NCBI GenBank assembly: GCA_964016885.1
Contig: OZ024740.1
Span: 270,134,001-270,198,000, forward strand
Reading direction: 5' to 3'
DNA: 64,000 nt
Source: Eledone cirrhosa
Taxonomy: Eukaryota
The notes under the pieces were generated by a model, which was not told the DNA's origin, searched no databases, and saw nothing but the letters and a program-made list of their open reading frames with translations. Both the position numbers and the translations under genes were made by a program. Position 1 is the first letter of the stretch. Each line of letters opens with the position of its first letter. Below, one piece after another: positions 1 to 13,166 of the stretch.

Positions 1-270
1 CTCCGGGTCCAAATGTACCATCTGTGTTGCGAGACCCAGATGTTTTTGCAGCAGAACGACAACTCCACCCCCACCTCCGGGCTGACAGAGAGATGCGTGC
101 ATCTCAAAGTCATCAAAGGTGGGGGACAGCTGTCGCACGTTGCTGATCCGGGCCTCGCAAATAACCATCACATCTATACGTTGTGACCTGAGGTCATTTA
201 GAAGCATTGCTTGCTTCCAAGTTGAGCCCAGGCCACGCGCATTTAAACAGCCTACTCTTAGCATAGCCAT
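1..270 (-). CDS. 5' start of LINE ORF2, apurinic-like endonuclease N-terminus (runs off the window edge)
   Basis: Reverse strand from ATG at 270 reads MAMLRVGCLNARGLGSTWKQAMLLNDLRSQRIDVMVICEARIS, matching the APE N-terminal motifs (LNxRGL, DxxxxxE). It starts 24 nt after the ORF1 stop. Confidence 0.85.
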   Translation of the reverse strand, partial: MAMLRVGCLNARGLGSTWKQAMLLNDLRSQRIDVMVICEARISNVRQLSPTFDDFEMHASLCQPGGGGGVVVLLQKHLGLATQMVHLDPE

Positions 271-294
271 GTTGGTGGTGAAGAGAAAAGGCAC

Positions 295-2082
295 TTACCT
301 CTCTGCGTCCCGGGTATCGGGCTGCACAATTTCCATTAGGGTGGGGGATGGGTTGTTGGGTGGGGTGGTGGTTTGTGGAAGTGTGGGGGCATCAGTGTGT
401 TGTGTGGTTGGGGAGCTTGGAGTTGTGAGGGTGTTTGGGGAGGGGGTGGGATAGTTTTTTAGGAGGACGCGGTTAATGGGCCCGACGCAGGGGGGACCCA
501 CGTCCTCTTTAAAATTGTTTTTTAAAGTTTTATAGGTGTCCTGTGGGGCCTTAATCATTTTGAGGTGGGGGAAATCCCCTGCCTGGGTGAAGTTAGGCCC
601 TTGTGTTTTTATTAGATTGTTGTTGTACACAATGTTTAACAGTTTTTTGTTTCTTGTATTTATGTATGTGTATGCATGTTTTTGTTTTTGTGTGGTGTTT
701 TTTGTTTGCTGTTGTGAGCTCTTTTGTGTTGGTGTCAGTGTTATGTTTTGGGGAGGGTTTTTTTTCATTTGTGTGTCTGAGGTGTGTTTTCTTTTTTTTC
801 TTTTGATTGTGTGGAAGTGCTCCTCCTCTTCTGACGACGAACTAGGGTCATCTTCCGCGTTGGAGGGGAGGGGTATATTTTCGGGTTGTGTTTGCGGTAC
901 GGGTGTTTTGGAAATTGTTTTTGTTTTTTGAGTGGAGGGGATGGGTTGGACATTGTTTTGTTTTGGTTTGAGCTGTGGTGGTTGTTTTTGTAGTGGTAGT
1001 TGTGGTGATTGTGTTGGTTGTGCAGTTGTTGGTGGTGTAGGCAGGATTGGGGTTTTCTTATTAAGTTGGGGACAGACAGCCCTCAGGTGACCTCTGGTTC
1101 CGCAGAGGTAACACGAGGGCCGTCTACCCTCAACGGTAATGTTGATGAAGGTTAGATCATCCAGTATGACGCGTTCAGGGATCTGGGCGATCCTTTCGGG
1201 CCTCATTTGAACTACAAGTTCGAGGCTCGTTCCACTGAACGCGTCACCCGATGCCTTTCCCATGGACACCAGCATGTCATCCTCCAGGTCCAGAAAACCT
1301 GTCAAAACCCACCATATGTCCATAATCGGCAGGATGGTGTGGATTTTTATTTTTTGTGTTCTTCTACCCATGTACGTAGGGTAGAAGGTGTATGCGGTGG
1401 ATGTGATTGGTTTGATGGACAGTTTCACTGCTGTGTCCCTGTCCTTCATGAGAATGGATAGACTCCCGTAGAGTCTATCCTTCTGAATGAAGGTGATGTC
1501 CTTCATGACGTCTTTTAAAACCAGCTCTATCTCGCTCTGTGATGGTTGAGCTGGTTTTTTACTTTTGTTCGAGATTGTCCTAAACATGACCGTGTTTAGG
1601 AGTCTCTGGCTTTTTAGTTCCGGGGGGGAATGGATTGTGAATGAACCATTTTCCCCGTACACTATATATTTTTTCGCATCCGCCAGTAGCTCCTTCGCTT
1701 TTGTTATATCTACTGGCAGATAGTCGAGGGTTTTCCTTGTCGTCTCGGCGAAGGAGAAATTTTGTTTGTTTGTGTTGTTGTTGTCGTTGGTGGTGTTGTT
1801 GTTATCATTGTTGTTGTTGTCACCGTTATTGGTCTTGTTGTTGTTATTGTTATTGTTATTGGTGTTGTTTTCGTCCGTCGCATTGTTGTTGTTGTTGCTG
1901 TTGCTGCTGGTTCTTTGGGTTGTTTCCATGGCAACGTCAAGTTGTCTGTTAACAGGTGGAGAGAATTCTTCCTCTGGCTGACCTATCTTCTTGACCTCTG
2001 CTACTGTGACAGTGGCAGGGGGAAGCTGTAAGTTCATCTTCCCCTTTCCTCCTTCGAATTTTGGTGAAGAAGCTTCGGCCAT
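295..2082 (-). CDS. LINE ORF1p (gag-like, CCHC zinc knuckle), Tx1/L1-type
   Basis: Intact 595-aa ORF with CYLCGTRGHLRAVC (CX2CX4HX4C), a poly-Asn tract and a Pro/Thr/Gln-rich tail, directly upstream of an APE ORF2. Confidence 0.85.
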   Translation of the reverse strand: MAEASSPKFEGGKGKMNLQLPPATVTVAEVKKIGQPEEEFSPPVNRQLDVAMETTQRTSSNSNNNNNATDENNTNNNNNNNNKTNNGDNNNNDNNNTTNDNNNTNKQNFSFAETTRKTLDYLPVDITKAKELLADAKKYIVYGENGSFTIHSPPELKSQRLLNTVMFRTISNKSKKPAQPSQSEIELVLKDVMKDITFIQKDRLYGSLSILMKDRDTAVKLSIKPITSTAYTFYPTYMGRRTQKIKIHTILPIMDIWWVLTGFLDLEDDMLVSMGKASGDAFSGTSLELVVQMRPERIAQIPERVILDDLTFINITVEGRRPSCYLCGTRGHLRAVCPQLNKKTPILPTPPTTAQPTQSPQLPLQKQPPQLKPKQNNVQPIPSTQKTKTISKTPVPQTQPENIPLPSNAEDDPSSSSEEEEHFHTIKRKKRKHTSDTQMKKNPPQNITLTPTQKSSQQQTKNTTQKQKHAYTYINTRNKKLLNIVYNNNLIKTQGPNFTQAGDFPHLKMIKAPQDTYKTLKNNFKEDVGPPCVGPINRVLLKNYPTPSPNTLTTPSSPTTQHTDAPTLPQTTTPPNNPSPTLMEIVQPDTRDAER

Positions 2083-2296
2083 TTAAAAAAAATATTGACT
2101 TTTCAACAAGAAAAAACTTTTTTTTTTTTTAACTATTTCGCCTAAAGGCGTAGAATATTTTGAGAGACTGACCAGATCAAAGTTTGACCTGGCAGTCCCT
2201 CTACAAAATGGTACAAAAATTAAAGTTATCAGACAAGAATTTCTATAGAAATTTAAACAGAACTTACTCAGCAAGTTATACGCGTGTGTCCATCCC

Positions 2297-2377
<81 letters not shown>

Positions 2378-2599
2378 TATTTCTTTATTAGCCACAGTGG
2401 CACAAAAGAAGGGGACAAATACAAAGGGGGAAGTTTACATACAATAAAAACGTGTAAAATGTTATCACAGATGGAATTTAAAAGTTAGTCGATTTTCCCC
2501 AATAGAGGGAGACAGTTTATATGGGTAACACATACCCCCGAAAAAAAATGTGCAACCCTCATCTCCAGGAGTACGAAGAGCTTGTACTCCTTTCCTCAC

Positions 2600-2676
<77 letters not shown>
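2297..2676. repeat. Two (GATA)n tracts enclosing a ~225-bp retroelement 3'-end fragment (minus strand)
   Basis: (GATA)n at about 2297-2377 and 2600-2676. The insert on the minus strand ends AATAAAGAAATAT(ATCT)n. Confidence 0.7.
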
Positions 2677-2799
2677 TCAGACACACGTGTTATTGTTGGT
2701 AATTTAACGATTTTCTCTATACTCACACTAGATAGAATAGAACATCTTCTATATGGGAAATATGCCAATTGGTTTCATTACTGACCCGAGCCATTTATT

Positions 2800-5600
2800 T
2801 CCATTTTTTTCCATGTAAACGTTTTATTTACTGTAATTTGGCAAGAGAACATCAATCGCCAAATAAACCTTCTTCGATCTGACATAGAATGCTTAGCAAA
2901 CTACAAAGTAGGTGAACATGCTAAACAAACTAAACTCAGAAAATTGAAAAGAAAATACAATATAAAATCAACAAGCGACATAGATATGATTATAGAAACA
3001 ATGAAGCAAAAAGTGTCGGCCAAATCTGCTCGTGTGAGGCGCTTTGAAAAATGCTCCAGATTCTATAAGGACAATAATATGTTCAAAACAACAACAAAAA
3101 AACTTCTACAGAAAAATTGGCAAGTCAACAATAACTGCTAAATCAATACCACCCAAGGAGGAAGTCCAGGCATTCTGGAAAAGGATGTGGGCCGAGGGAC
3201 AAACATTGGAAAATATAACAGCTGAAATCTGCGTTTAGCATTTAGAAAATCCAGCAAATGGAAATCCCCTGGGAAAGACAAAATACCAAATTCTTGGATA
3301 AATGCCTTTACAGAGTCTCATGAGCCCAACTTTACAATGAAATGGTTAAGGAGCCAGAAAAGATACCATCATAGCTAGTTAACGGCATTGAAGAATGATG
3401 AGACAAATAATCAGAAAAATTACAAACCGATACCTTGCTTGACCACAATGTATAAAATCTTAACATCAATCCTAACTGAATATACATATGACCACCTGAT
3501 AGCAAATGATATATTTCTCAATGAGCAGAAAGGATGTAAACGAGGCTCATATGGCTGTAGGGATCAGATTAACAAAATTATTTTGAAAGTGTGTCATAAT
3601 AGACACAAAAATCTATCAATTGCTTGAATAGATTACAAAAAAGCACTCGATAGTTTGCCACACAGTTGGATTGAAAAGAGTTTAGAGACTTTCAAAATGT
3701 CTCCCGTTGCCAGGGGTTTCCTGTCATTCAATATGAAAGCATGGAAAAGAACATTCATTTTCAACAGGGACAAAAATCACTGGAAGCTGGAGAAGTTAAT
3801 ACTAATTGTGGAATTGTTCAGGGCAATTCTTTATCACCGCTTTTATTCTGCATCGCACTTATACCATTAAGTAAAATGCTCAAAAGATATAGAGTCTATG
3901 ACAAAACCCGTAATCACTTGTTCTACATGGATGACCTAAAACTATTTGCAAAAAATGATGAGCAATTGCAAGGGTTATTATCCACTCTTCAGTGATGATA
4001 CTAAAATGGAATGTGTACTAGATAAATGCGCCAAAGCCACGTTCACCAGAGGAAAGCTGCTGAAAAGATCAGACATTAATCTTGATCGTGGAAATGTGAT
4101 AAGAGAACTTGATCAAGAAGAAACTTATAAACATCTAAGTGTTTGTGAAGGAGACGGAATGAAGCACTCGACAATTAGGGAAAAGATAAGGAAGGAATGT
4201 TACAGCAGAGTAAGAGCAATTTTAAGAACGAAGTTGAATGCAACCAGCAGTAACTTACAGCTTCAATGTCATCAAGTGGTCACGCACAGAGATCCGTAAA
4301 GTTGACACGAAAATTAGAAACCTCTTAAGCATGCATCACCCTAAGGCAGATACAGATAGAATATATCTCTCTCGGAAAGAAGGAGAGGGTGGATTAATCC
4401 AGGTAGATATTTCTTTGAAAACAATTGGATTATCTACATATCTAAGGGAAGCACATCACTGGATAATCAAACTCGTTTTGAAACCTGAAAGCAGCAAAAG
4501 ATCATACTCCATTAGAAAAGATGCATATAGATATAATAATGAACTACAAATTTCATAAGTTCCCTTCACTGTTGAAATAAATAACACAGAAAAAATCAAA
4601 GCTGGTAAAAGCAGCCGCAAAGAAGGGACTAATAAAGAAACTGGCTAAGAAATTGCAAGAAAAGCCTCTGTATGGAAAATACCCAGAAAGAGCTAACAAT
4701 CCTGATGTTGACAAAACTTTAACCCATCAGTGGTTGGCATCCTCCGGACTGAAATCGGAGACTGAATGACTGATTATATCAGCACAAGATCAGTGTCTAC
4801 CAACAAAAAATGATCAGGCCAACATCATAAAAAATGGATGCAACCCATTATGTATGTTAGAAACAACCGGAGACCATTGATCATATAATTTCAATGTGCA
4901 GTCCTATAGCTCCAACCGAATACCTAAACAAGCACGACAGAGCTGCACAATACCTACATTGGGTAATATGTAAACATTTTTGACTGGCCCCATCAAAAGA
5001 ATTGGTGGGAGCATCAACCACCTCCCATACTTGAAAAAGATCACATCTTAATTTTGTTGAACTTTAGCGTCCAAACAGACCGAAAAATAGATGCAAATAG
5101 ACCTGATATGATACTGAAGGACTTTAAAAAGAAGGTATGCCTGCTAATTGACATGACCTTCCTATAGACAAGAATGTATCTATAAAAACATTTGAAAAAT
5201 TGAGCAAGTATAAAGACCTGGAAATAGAAATTGGAAAAATGTGGACGTTGAAAACTAAAACAATATCTGTTGTTGTAGGCGTTCTAGGAATGGTGCCTAA
5301 GGGGTCTAATGATTACTTATCCTTAATCCCACGAAACCCGCGTATAGGAGAAATACAAAAGATAGTAGTACTAATGGGAACTGCCCATATGCTAAGGCAT
5401 ATTCTGTCAATATAAATACATCACAGGTCTAAACACCTAAAGATACATGTATATGTGTTGTTTCTTGAACATGGCTGATCTTGTTGTCTTTTGAGGTCAC
5501 TGGTTGTGACTTGGGGATGCCTCGTATGAATATAAAGGAAGATAAAAGAAAAAAAATAAGAATAATAAAAATGACAACAATAATAACAACAATAATAAAA
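2800..5600 (+). pseudogene. Decayed R4/Dong-like non-LTR retrotransposon (RT plus restriction-like endonuclease)
   Basis: Frameshifted motifs in order: NYKPIPCLTTMYKILT, EQKGCKRGSYGC, IDYKKALDSLPHSW, GIVQGNSLSPLLFCIAL, HLFYMDDLKLFAK, zinc-knuckle remnant (ETIDHIISMC), KHD, NRPDMILKD, KYKDL. An AAT-rich tail follows. Confidence 0.9.
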
Positions 5601-5859
5601 AAAGAAAAGAATAGGAAAATATAGAGAGAAAAAGAAGGGAAAACAGAATGGGAAGGTGAGGGGATGGCAAGAACTCTGGTGTAACGAAATAATGATTTAT
5701 GCAAAAGTGATATATGATATATTGTTATTTCGTGTGTATTATTTCTCAAATCATCCAAACAATAAAGGATCTTGTGGTGTGAGATCGGAAATAACTATGA
5801 ATGTTTGGAAATTGTACTATGACAGTTAATAGAAAAGATTCTGACTGAAGTGGTGAGGA

Positions 5860-6483
5860 GACACCTTGTGTTGTGTATCTCGGACGCCATGATTTGCAGC
5901 ATAGATTTACGGTCCTTTATAATCTGAGTTCAAATCTCGCAGAGGTTAACTTTGCTTTTCAACCTTACGGGATCGATAAAATAAAGTACCAGTCACGCAT
6001 TGGTGTCGATTAAATCGACTTTCCCCTTCCCCAAAATAGCTGGCCTTGTGCCTATATAACAAACCATTATAAGTGTTTTATATATGAGAGTGGGTTGGCA
6101 GTATCGGTAGAATGTCGGACAAATTGCTTTGCAGCATTCAGTTACGGTGTTTTGCCAACTGAGTTCAAATCTGGTCGTGGTCATCTCTGCTTTTCATCAT
6201 TGCGAGGTAGATAAAATAAAGTACCAGTCACACACGAATCGAATTCCCCTTTCCACAAATTGCTAATACCATGCGTAAATTATTAATCATTATAATTGTT
6301 TCTACGTTAGGCACAAGGCCAGCAATTACCAAGTGGATTACTGGTACTTTATTTTATCGACCCTGTAAGGATGAAAGGCAAAGTTAACCTTGGCGGGATT
6401 TGAACTCAGAATGGCAAGGGCCGAAACTCTATACGTCAAAGCATGGCGTCCGACCCTCTACCAATACTGCCAATCCACCACCA
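5860..6483. mobile_element. Cluster of three tRNA-derived SINE copies (two +, one -)
   Basis: A-box TGGCAGTATCGG, B-box GAGTTCAAATC, body CTTTGCCTTTCATCCTTACGGGGTCGATAAAATAAAGTACCAG (resembles the Meta-SINE core from memory). The minus copy is flanked by TSD ATTAATCATTATAAT. Confidence 0.85.
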
Positions 6484-7247
6484 TTAATCATTATAATGCT
6501 TCATATATTTTACACGAACTAACAATGGAACATTTTAGGTTGTTGATTTCGAAAAACAAAAGTGTTTTCTCGCTGTTAGAGTATATGTTACTTGAAATTC
6601 CTAGCGTGAGATCTTGTTTGGTCTAGTGGCAATTTGAAATGTTGATGTTTCTAATTACTTTATAAAGTGCTATAATGTGTGTTATATTTTCTTTTAAAGT
6701 GAAATATTTGCCATTTTTTTTAATGATCTTGTTATATTTCCTTCTTTTTTAGTATGGTTTTGCTAATAATTAGCCGATTTGTTCCTCGTTGATACAGATT
6801 TAATTTCAACGATGTTGCAACTATGACAATCATATCTTTCTTTCCAAAGAGTATATCTTGAACTAACTTATTTAATGTGTTTTTCCTTTTCTTTTAGAAG
6901 ATGGGAGGGTGTGATTTTAGTTGTAATTATTTACTCTTTTAACAGCTCAAGCGACAATGTAGAGGTGTCTTTGCTGCTCAGTATTTCTTGAGTACCTTTC
7001 GAGATTGAATCTGTTCTTAGTTTTAATCAGTTGTTTTCTTTAGATTGCAATGTGGTGCATGTTTTGAAAGGGTTTGCACTTATTTTTCTGTGTGCATGAA
7101 ATTCCGAATGTAACAGCTTTTTTGGATATTGTATTGTTCTGACACCTGGTAGAATTATTTCTTTTAGGCATTTATTAAATTTTCCCTCAAAATGTTACTT
7201 TTTGTTTTTTGCATTGTTATCTGTATTGTAATTATAATGAGTAAATA

Positions 7248-7418
7248 GTTGTTTCTACTTTAGGCACAAGGCCAGCAATTACCCAGTGCATTACTGGTAC
7301 TTTATTTATCGACCCCGTAAGGATGAAAGGCAAAGTCAACCTCGGCGGGATTTGAACTCAGATCGTAAAGGGAAAGCATGGCGTCCGACCCTCTACCGAT
7401 ACTGCCAATCCACCGCCC
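7248..7418 (-). mobile_element. tRNA-derived SINE with target-site duplication
   Basis: Same family as above, with TAATGAGTAAATAGT on both sides. Confidence 0.9.
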
Positions 7419-7669
7419 TTAATGAGTAAATAGTGAGAGGGTATTCGGAATATAGTTATTATATACATGAGTTTGGTGATCTCAACAAGCGCTTTGCATT
7501 GTTTTTTATGGGGATGTTTATTTTATTTTATAGGAGGATGGCAGAGAAGTTAATGGAAAGTTTTGTTGATGCCGATGGTGGTATGGTTTTGTTAGGAAAA
7601 CCATAATGCTTTTGTTTGGTGGAATTGGTTTTATTGTTATGCAAACATTATTGTAATTTTGTTAATGTT

Positions 7670-7950
7670 GAGTTGTTAGAACGTCGTATAGAAAGTATAG
7701 AATTCTTTGTGGTGTTCGTTTCAACTTTCTGCTCTCTGAATTCAAATCCCGCCGAGGTCAACTTTGACTTTTATCGATAAAAAGATTACCAGTTAAGTAT
7801 TGATGTCGATTCTTCTTCTATATCCTTTTCTCATTTCTTCTCTGTCACTTTCCATCCTTCTCTGGAAGAAATCTACACTACGCCGACCTGGAAAAGGATG
7901 GGCTAAGCTAAGCCAAGCTTAAAAAGCCCAAGGAACGTTGTATATTTGAC
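7670..7950 (+). mobile_element. Long-tailed SINE variant
   Basis: SINE head and core followed by a tail TCTGGAAGAAATCT..CCGACCT..GGATGGGC..CCCAAGGAACG that is shared with 26900-27228 (-). Confidence 0.6.
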
Positions 7951-8469
7951 CGGCGCCCCGATGACTCCACCTGGAATTATGGGACCATACCATACCAACT
8001 TGTGTGTAATGTAATTGGGATTAATAAGTTCTTGGTTTTAGTGGTTACTGATGTTTTACTATTGAAAGATAATATCAATTATTCTTTTAATGCAATGAAT
8101 GACACGGGATTATGCGTTGAGGCTTTGTTTTATCTGTATGTGGTACTCTTGATGTCAAGAACCAAAGTGTTTGTATTGAATAGATTCATCGCCTTCGAGT
8201 TTTCTTCACTTACTGGTGATATGGATGTTGATATATTTCCTTTCATCTTTCGACTGGAGTTTCAAACGTGAATTATCCTCCACCAGCTTTCAATTTGGCA
8301 TAATACATCAAAAACTGAATTTTCAAGTAAACCGATATTTTTTCGGTGGAGGGTGGGGGTGGATATCTTCGTTTGAAATATGATAGGGAATCGAGATATG
8401 ACCGCTATCTATATAAGCCATTTCATTGAATCCTTTCAGTTTTCTTTCTTATTATTACTGTTATTAGAA

Positions 8470-8690
8470 GGACGGTGGATTGGCAGTATCGGTAGAGGGT
8501 CAGACGCCATGCTTTGCAGCATAGAATTACGATCTTTATGATCTGAGTTCAAATCCCGCCTAGGTTAACTTTGTCTTTCCTCATTTCGGGGTCGATAAAA
8601 TAAAATACTAGTCACACGCTGGGGTTGATTTAATCGACTTGCCCCACCCCAAAATTGCTGGCCTTGTGCCTTTATAAGAAACCATTATTA
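8470..8690 (+). mobile_element. tRNA-derived SINE
   Basis: A/B boxes and core, TSD TTATTACTGTTATTAG. Confidence 0.9.
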
Positions 8691-8854
8691 CTGTTATTAG
8701 AGGAACCTTAGAGAACTGTACTATATGTTTCTAGCCTCATCATTCTCGGATGTGCTGCGAGCTTTATAAGCATTTATTTATTACCTTTCCAACTCTGAAT
8801 AAGCGAATGCTCGAATTTGTATCGATGATACTAGAATCTAAAAAGTCTAAAGTC

Positions 8855-9121
8855 TGTCTTAAGCCAGAAGGCCCATTTGGCTGATGCTTATCACGGTTTC
8901 ATGGTGTGAAGCGACTGAGAGTACAAGACTTCCCCTGGACAGGGCGCCAGTCCATCTCAGGGTTAAACCTCCACCTATCTATGGTACTCATCTTCAGCTG
9001 AGTTTACTGGAGCAGCCTGAAATGAAGTGTTTTGCTCAAGAACACAACACGCAACCCAGGAATCGAACCGACGACATTATGATCGTAAGTTAACCCTTAC
9101 CACTAGGCCACGTGCCTCCAC
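8855..9121 (-). mobile_element. Second SINE family, V-SINE-like
   Basis: Minus strand has a tRNA-like head (TGGCCTAGTGG..GGTTCGATTCC), then TGTTGTGTTCTTGAGCAAAACACTT and GGACTGGCGCCCTGTCCAGGGG, recalled as V-domain-type motifs. Confidence 0.65.
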
Positions 9122-9537
9122 AATACTAGAATAGGTTTGTGAATATTCACCGTGGGATTCTATTGGAAAATGAAAATAAATGTAATATATTTCTTTTACA
9201 TTTTTGTCCTTCAAAAGTGTAAGTGAACATATGTAAGACTTATGATATCCCACATGTCTTAAGTACAATTTGATGATGTTTTGTTAAATAGACGCTGAAT
9301 AAGATGCGATACCACAACTATGTAAACAAATACTTAAGGTTTGTATTATAAGAAAATAACATGTTCCATATTTTGAGTACATTTTCAATTTCGAACAGCT
9401 GTTATTATTGATCTCCATGTATTACTAAAACGTATATTGTAATGTCGATATTAAGTTCAGCTAACATTTACCCCCCCCCCCCCCGCCACACACACACGCA
9501 CACACATATGTATATATAAATATATATATATATATAG

Positions 9538-9571
<34 letters not shown>

Positions 9572-9854
9572 TCGTATTAAATCGATCATTCTGTTTACTC
9601 AAGTACAGATCAAATTCACTAATGTTTATTTTTTCTAGTCAACAGAACGTGTTATTGAAGTTATAGTAAATACAACAATATTGCATCTTTGTGGTAAACG
9701 TATTTCCATTATAACAAAATTACATATCAGGCAAAACAAAATATTCATATTGACAACCAATGATGGCGAGATCAGCAAAGACTCCATTGGCAAACCATTC
9801 ATTAAGTGTTGCAGGAAAAGAGCAGTTTGATAGTTATAATTAAACCGGTTGTAT

Positions 9855-10020
<166 letters not shown>

Positions 10021-10039
10021 TGTATGTATGTATATATAT

Positions 10040-10644
10040 ATGTCAGGTCACCAGTTGGTGCTACTGGTAACATATATCCCAGTACAACCTGTCTCATGGT
10101 CGAGTCGTTGGCGACTAAACTGGCAACCCCACCAAGGTTTCTTGGTGAGGAGGGTGACTTTGGACATCCAGCAGGACTAAAAACAAAACCTGTCAAAGGG
10201 CAAAGGAGCTCTTAAGAGTCAATGGCCATCCAAAATCACCGGGAGAGATGACCCCTTAGCCTTTGTCAAGGCAGAATTCTAGAAGGAAAACTCTGATAAA
10301 ACACCTGCAAATCTGATGCTATCCAATGATGTTGACTTGTTCTTCTTTTTGGTAAATATCATCTTGGTTAAGAGAGTGGGACTGGCTTTGTGCAGTGCCT
10401 TTCCTCACTATAAAAGCTTCACGACACAGGCATTGCTTTATATCTGGAGATCTCTCTGCACTTGTCGTCACATGGTACCATGGGCCCAGCACTATGTGTC
10501 AATAATTGTCACAAGTGTAGCGTTTGTACCTACCAGAGTTTTCAAGTCGCTGGCTGGACTAAAATGTCACACTCGTTCAGCGCATCGGTAGGGGTTCTCC
10601 TACATATAAAGTAGTGGCCGTACTCGAAAACGAGTTGGCAGCCA

Positions 10645-10646
<2 letters not shown>
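10040..10646 (+). mobile_element. Non-autonomous RTE-derived element, family A
   Basis: A similar full-length inverted copy lies at 49195-49798. RTE 5'-UTR-like head (CTAGAAGGAAAACTCTG) and 3' hairpin CTCG-AAAA-CGAG..GCAGCCACCA resembling the RTE tail at about 47050-47086. Confidence 0.75.
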
Positions 10647-10690
<44 letters not shown>

Positions 10691-10869
10691 ATGTTTGTAT
10701 ATATATATATATACATATACATACATATATATATATGTATGTATGTGAATATAGACATAGAATATTCGAAAATATTCTGTATGTTTATAATAAACATTTT
10801 GAAGACCTAATCGCTATAGAATAGAATACGTCACGTATTACAATTAGATTCTCGATAAAAGCAAGGGAA

Positions 10870-10912
10870 GTAATCTACGCGTTTCATTCTTGTTAGAAAT
10901 CATCAGGACTAC
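10870..10912 (-). ncRNA. Minimal type I hammerhead ribozyme (first of 7 minus-strand copies, every 310 bp)
   Basis: Reverse complement of the motif at 13167-13209. Confidence 0.88.
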
Positions 10913-13166
10913 ATATCCAGTGCTTTTATCGAGAATGACACAGCTAGAGACTTATAGAATACTTAGCTGTGTACAGGAACTGGTTTGAAAGAGCGGTTGC
11001 CGGTCCGGCAGAAATTAGAAATTGGAATAAATGCTCTGAAATAGCGATATATATGTGAATATAGACATAGAATATTCGAAAATATTCTGTATGTTTATAA
11101 TAAACATTTTGAAGACCTAATCGCTATAGAATAGAATACGTCACGTATTACAATTAGATTCTCGATAAAAGCAAGGGAAGTAATCTACGCGTTTCATTCT
11201 TGTTAGAAATCATCAGGACTACATATCCAGTGCTTTTATCGAGAATGACACAGCTAGAGACTTATAGAATACTTAGCTGTGTACAGGAACTGGTTTGAAA
11301 GAGCGGTTGCCGGTCCGGCAGAAATTAGAAATTGGAATAAATGCTCTGAAATAGCGATATATATGTGAATATAGACATAGAATATTCGAAAATATTCTGT
11401 ATGTTTATAATAAACATTTTGAAGACCTAATCGCTATAGAATAGAATACGTCACGTATTACAATTAGATTCTCGATAAAAGCAAGGGAAGTAATCTACGC
11501 GTTTCATTCTTGTTAGAAATCATCAGGACTACATATCCAGTGCTTTTATCGAGAATGACACAGCTAGAGACTTATAGAATACTTAGCTGTGTACAGGAAC
11601 TGGTTTGAAAGAGCGGTTGCCGGTCCGGCAGAAATTAGAAATTGGAATAAATGCTCTGAAATAGCGATATATATGTGAATATAGACATAGAATATTCGAA
11701 AATATTCTGTATGTTTATAATAAACATTTTGAAGACCTAATCGCTATAGAATAGAATACGTCACGTATTACAATTAGATTCTCGATAAAAGCAAGGGAAG
11801 TAATCTACGCGTTTCATTCTTGTTAGAAATCATCAGGACTACATATCCAGTGCTTTTATCGAGAATGACACAGCTAGAGACTTATAGAATACTTAGCTGT
11901 GTACAGGAACTGGTTTGAAAGAGCGGTTGCCGGTCCGGCAGAAATTAGAAATTGGAATAAATGCTCTGAAATAGCGATATATATGTGAATATAGACATAG
12001 AATATTCGAAAATATTCTGTATGTTTATAATAAACATTTTGAAGACCTAATCGCTATAGAATAGAATACGTCACGTATTACAATTAGATTCTCGATAAAA
12101 GCAAGGGAAGTAATCTACGCGTTTCATTCTTGTTAGAAATCATCAGGACTACATATCCAGTGCTTTTATCGAGAATGACACAGCTAGAGACTTATAGAAT
12201 ACTTAGCTGTGTACAGGAACTGGTTTGAAAGAGCGGTTGCCGGTCCGGCAGAAATTAGAAATTGGAATAAATGCTCTGAAATAGCGATATATATGTGAAT
12301 ATAGACATAGAATATTCGAAAATATTCTGTATGTTTATAATAAACATTTTGAAGACCTAATCGCTATAGAATAGAATACGTCACGTATTACAATTAGATT
12401 CTCGATAAAAGCAAGGGAAGTAATCTACGCGTTTCATTCTTGTTAGAAATCATCAGGACTACATATCCAGTGCTTTTATCGAGAATGACACAGCTAGAGA
12501 CTTATAGAATACTTAGCTGTGTACAGGAACTGGTTTGAAAGAGCGGTTGCCGGTCCGGCAGAAATTAGAAATTGGAATAAATGCTCTGAAATAGCGATAT
12601 ATATGTGAATATAGACATAGAATATTCGAAAATATTCTGTATGTTTATAATAAACATTTTGAAGACCTAATCGCTATAGAATAGAATACGTCACGTATTA
12701 CAATTAGATTCTCGATAAAAGCAAGGGAAGTAATCTACGCGTTTCATTCTTGTTAGAAATCATCAGGACTACATATCCAGTGCTTTTATCGAGAATGACA
12801 CAGCTAGAGACTTATAGAATACTTAGCTGTGTACAGGAACTGGTTTGAAAGAGCGGTTGCCGGTCCGGCAGAAATTAGAAATTGGAATAAATGCTCTGAA
12901 ATAGCGATATATATGTGAATATAGACATAGAATATTCGAAAATATTCTGTATGTTTATAATAAACATTTTGAAGACCTAATCGCTATAGAATAGAATACG
13001 TCACGTATCTATGTCTATATTCACATATATATCGCTATTTCAGAGCATTTATTCCAATTTCTAATTTCTGCCGGACCGGCAACCGCTCTTTCAAACCAGT
13101 TCCTGTACACAGCTAAGTATTCTATAAGTCTCTAGCTGTGTCATTCTCGATAAAAGCACTGGATAT

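Larger units (their letters stand above)
1..2297 (-). mobile_element. 5' part of a probably young Tx1-clade non-LTR retrotransposon
   Basis: About 210-nt 5' UTR, intact ORF1 and ORF2 start. The 5' end abuts (GATA)n at about 2297. Clade assignment is inferred. Confidence 0.7.

Noticed and set aside
119-2031. Plus-strand Cys/Val/Leu-rich ORFs
   Set aside because: They are antisense shadows of the low-complexity LINE ORF1.
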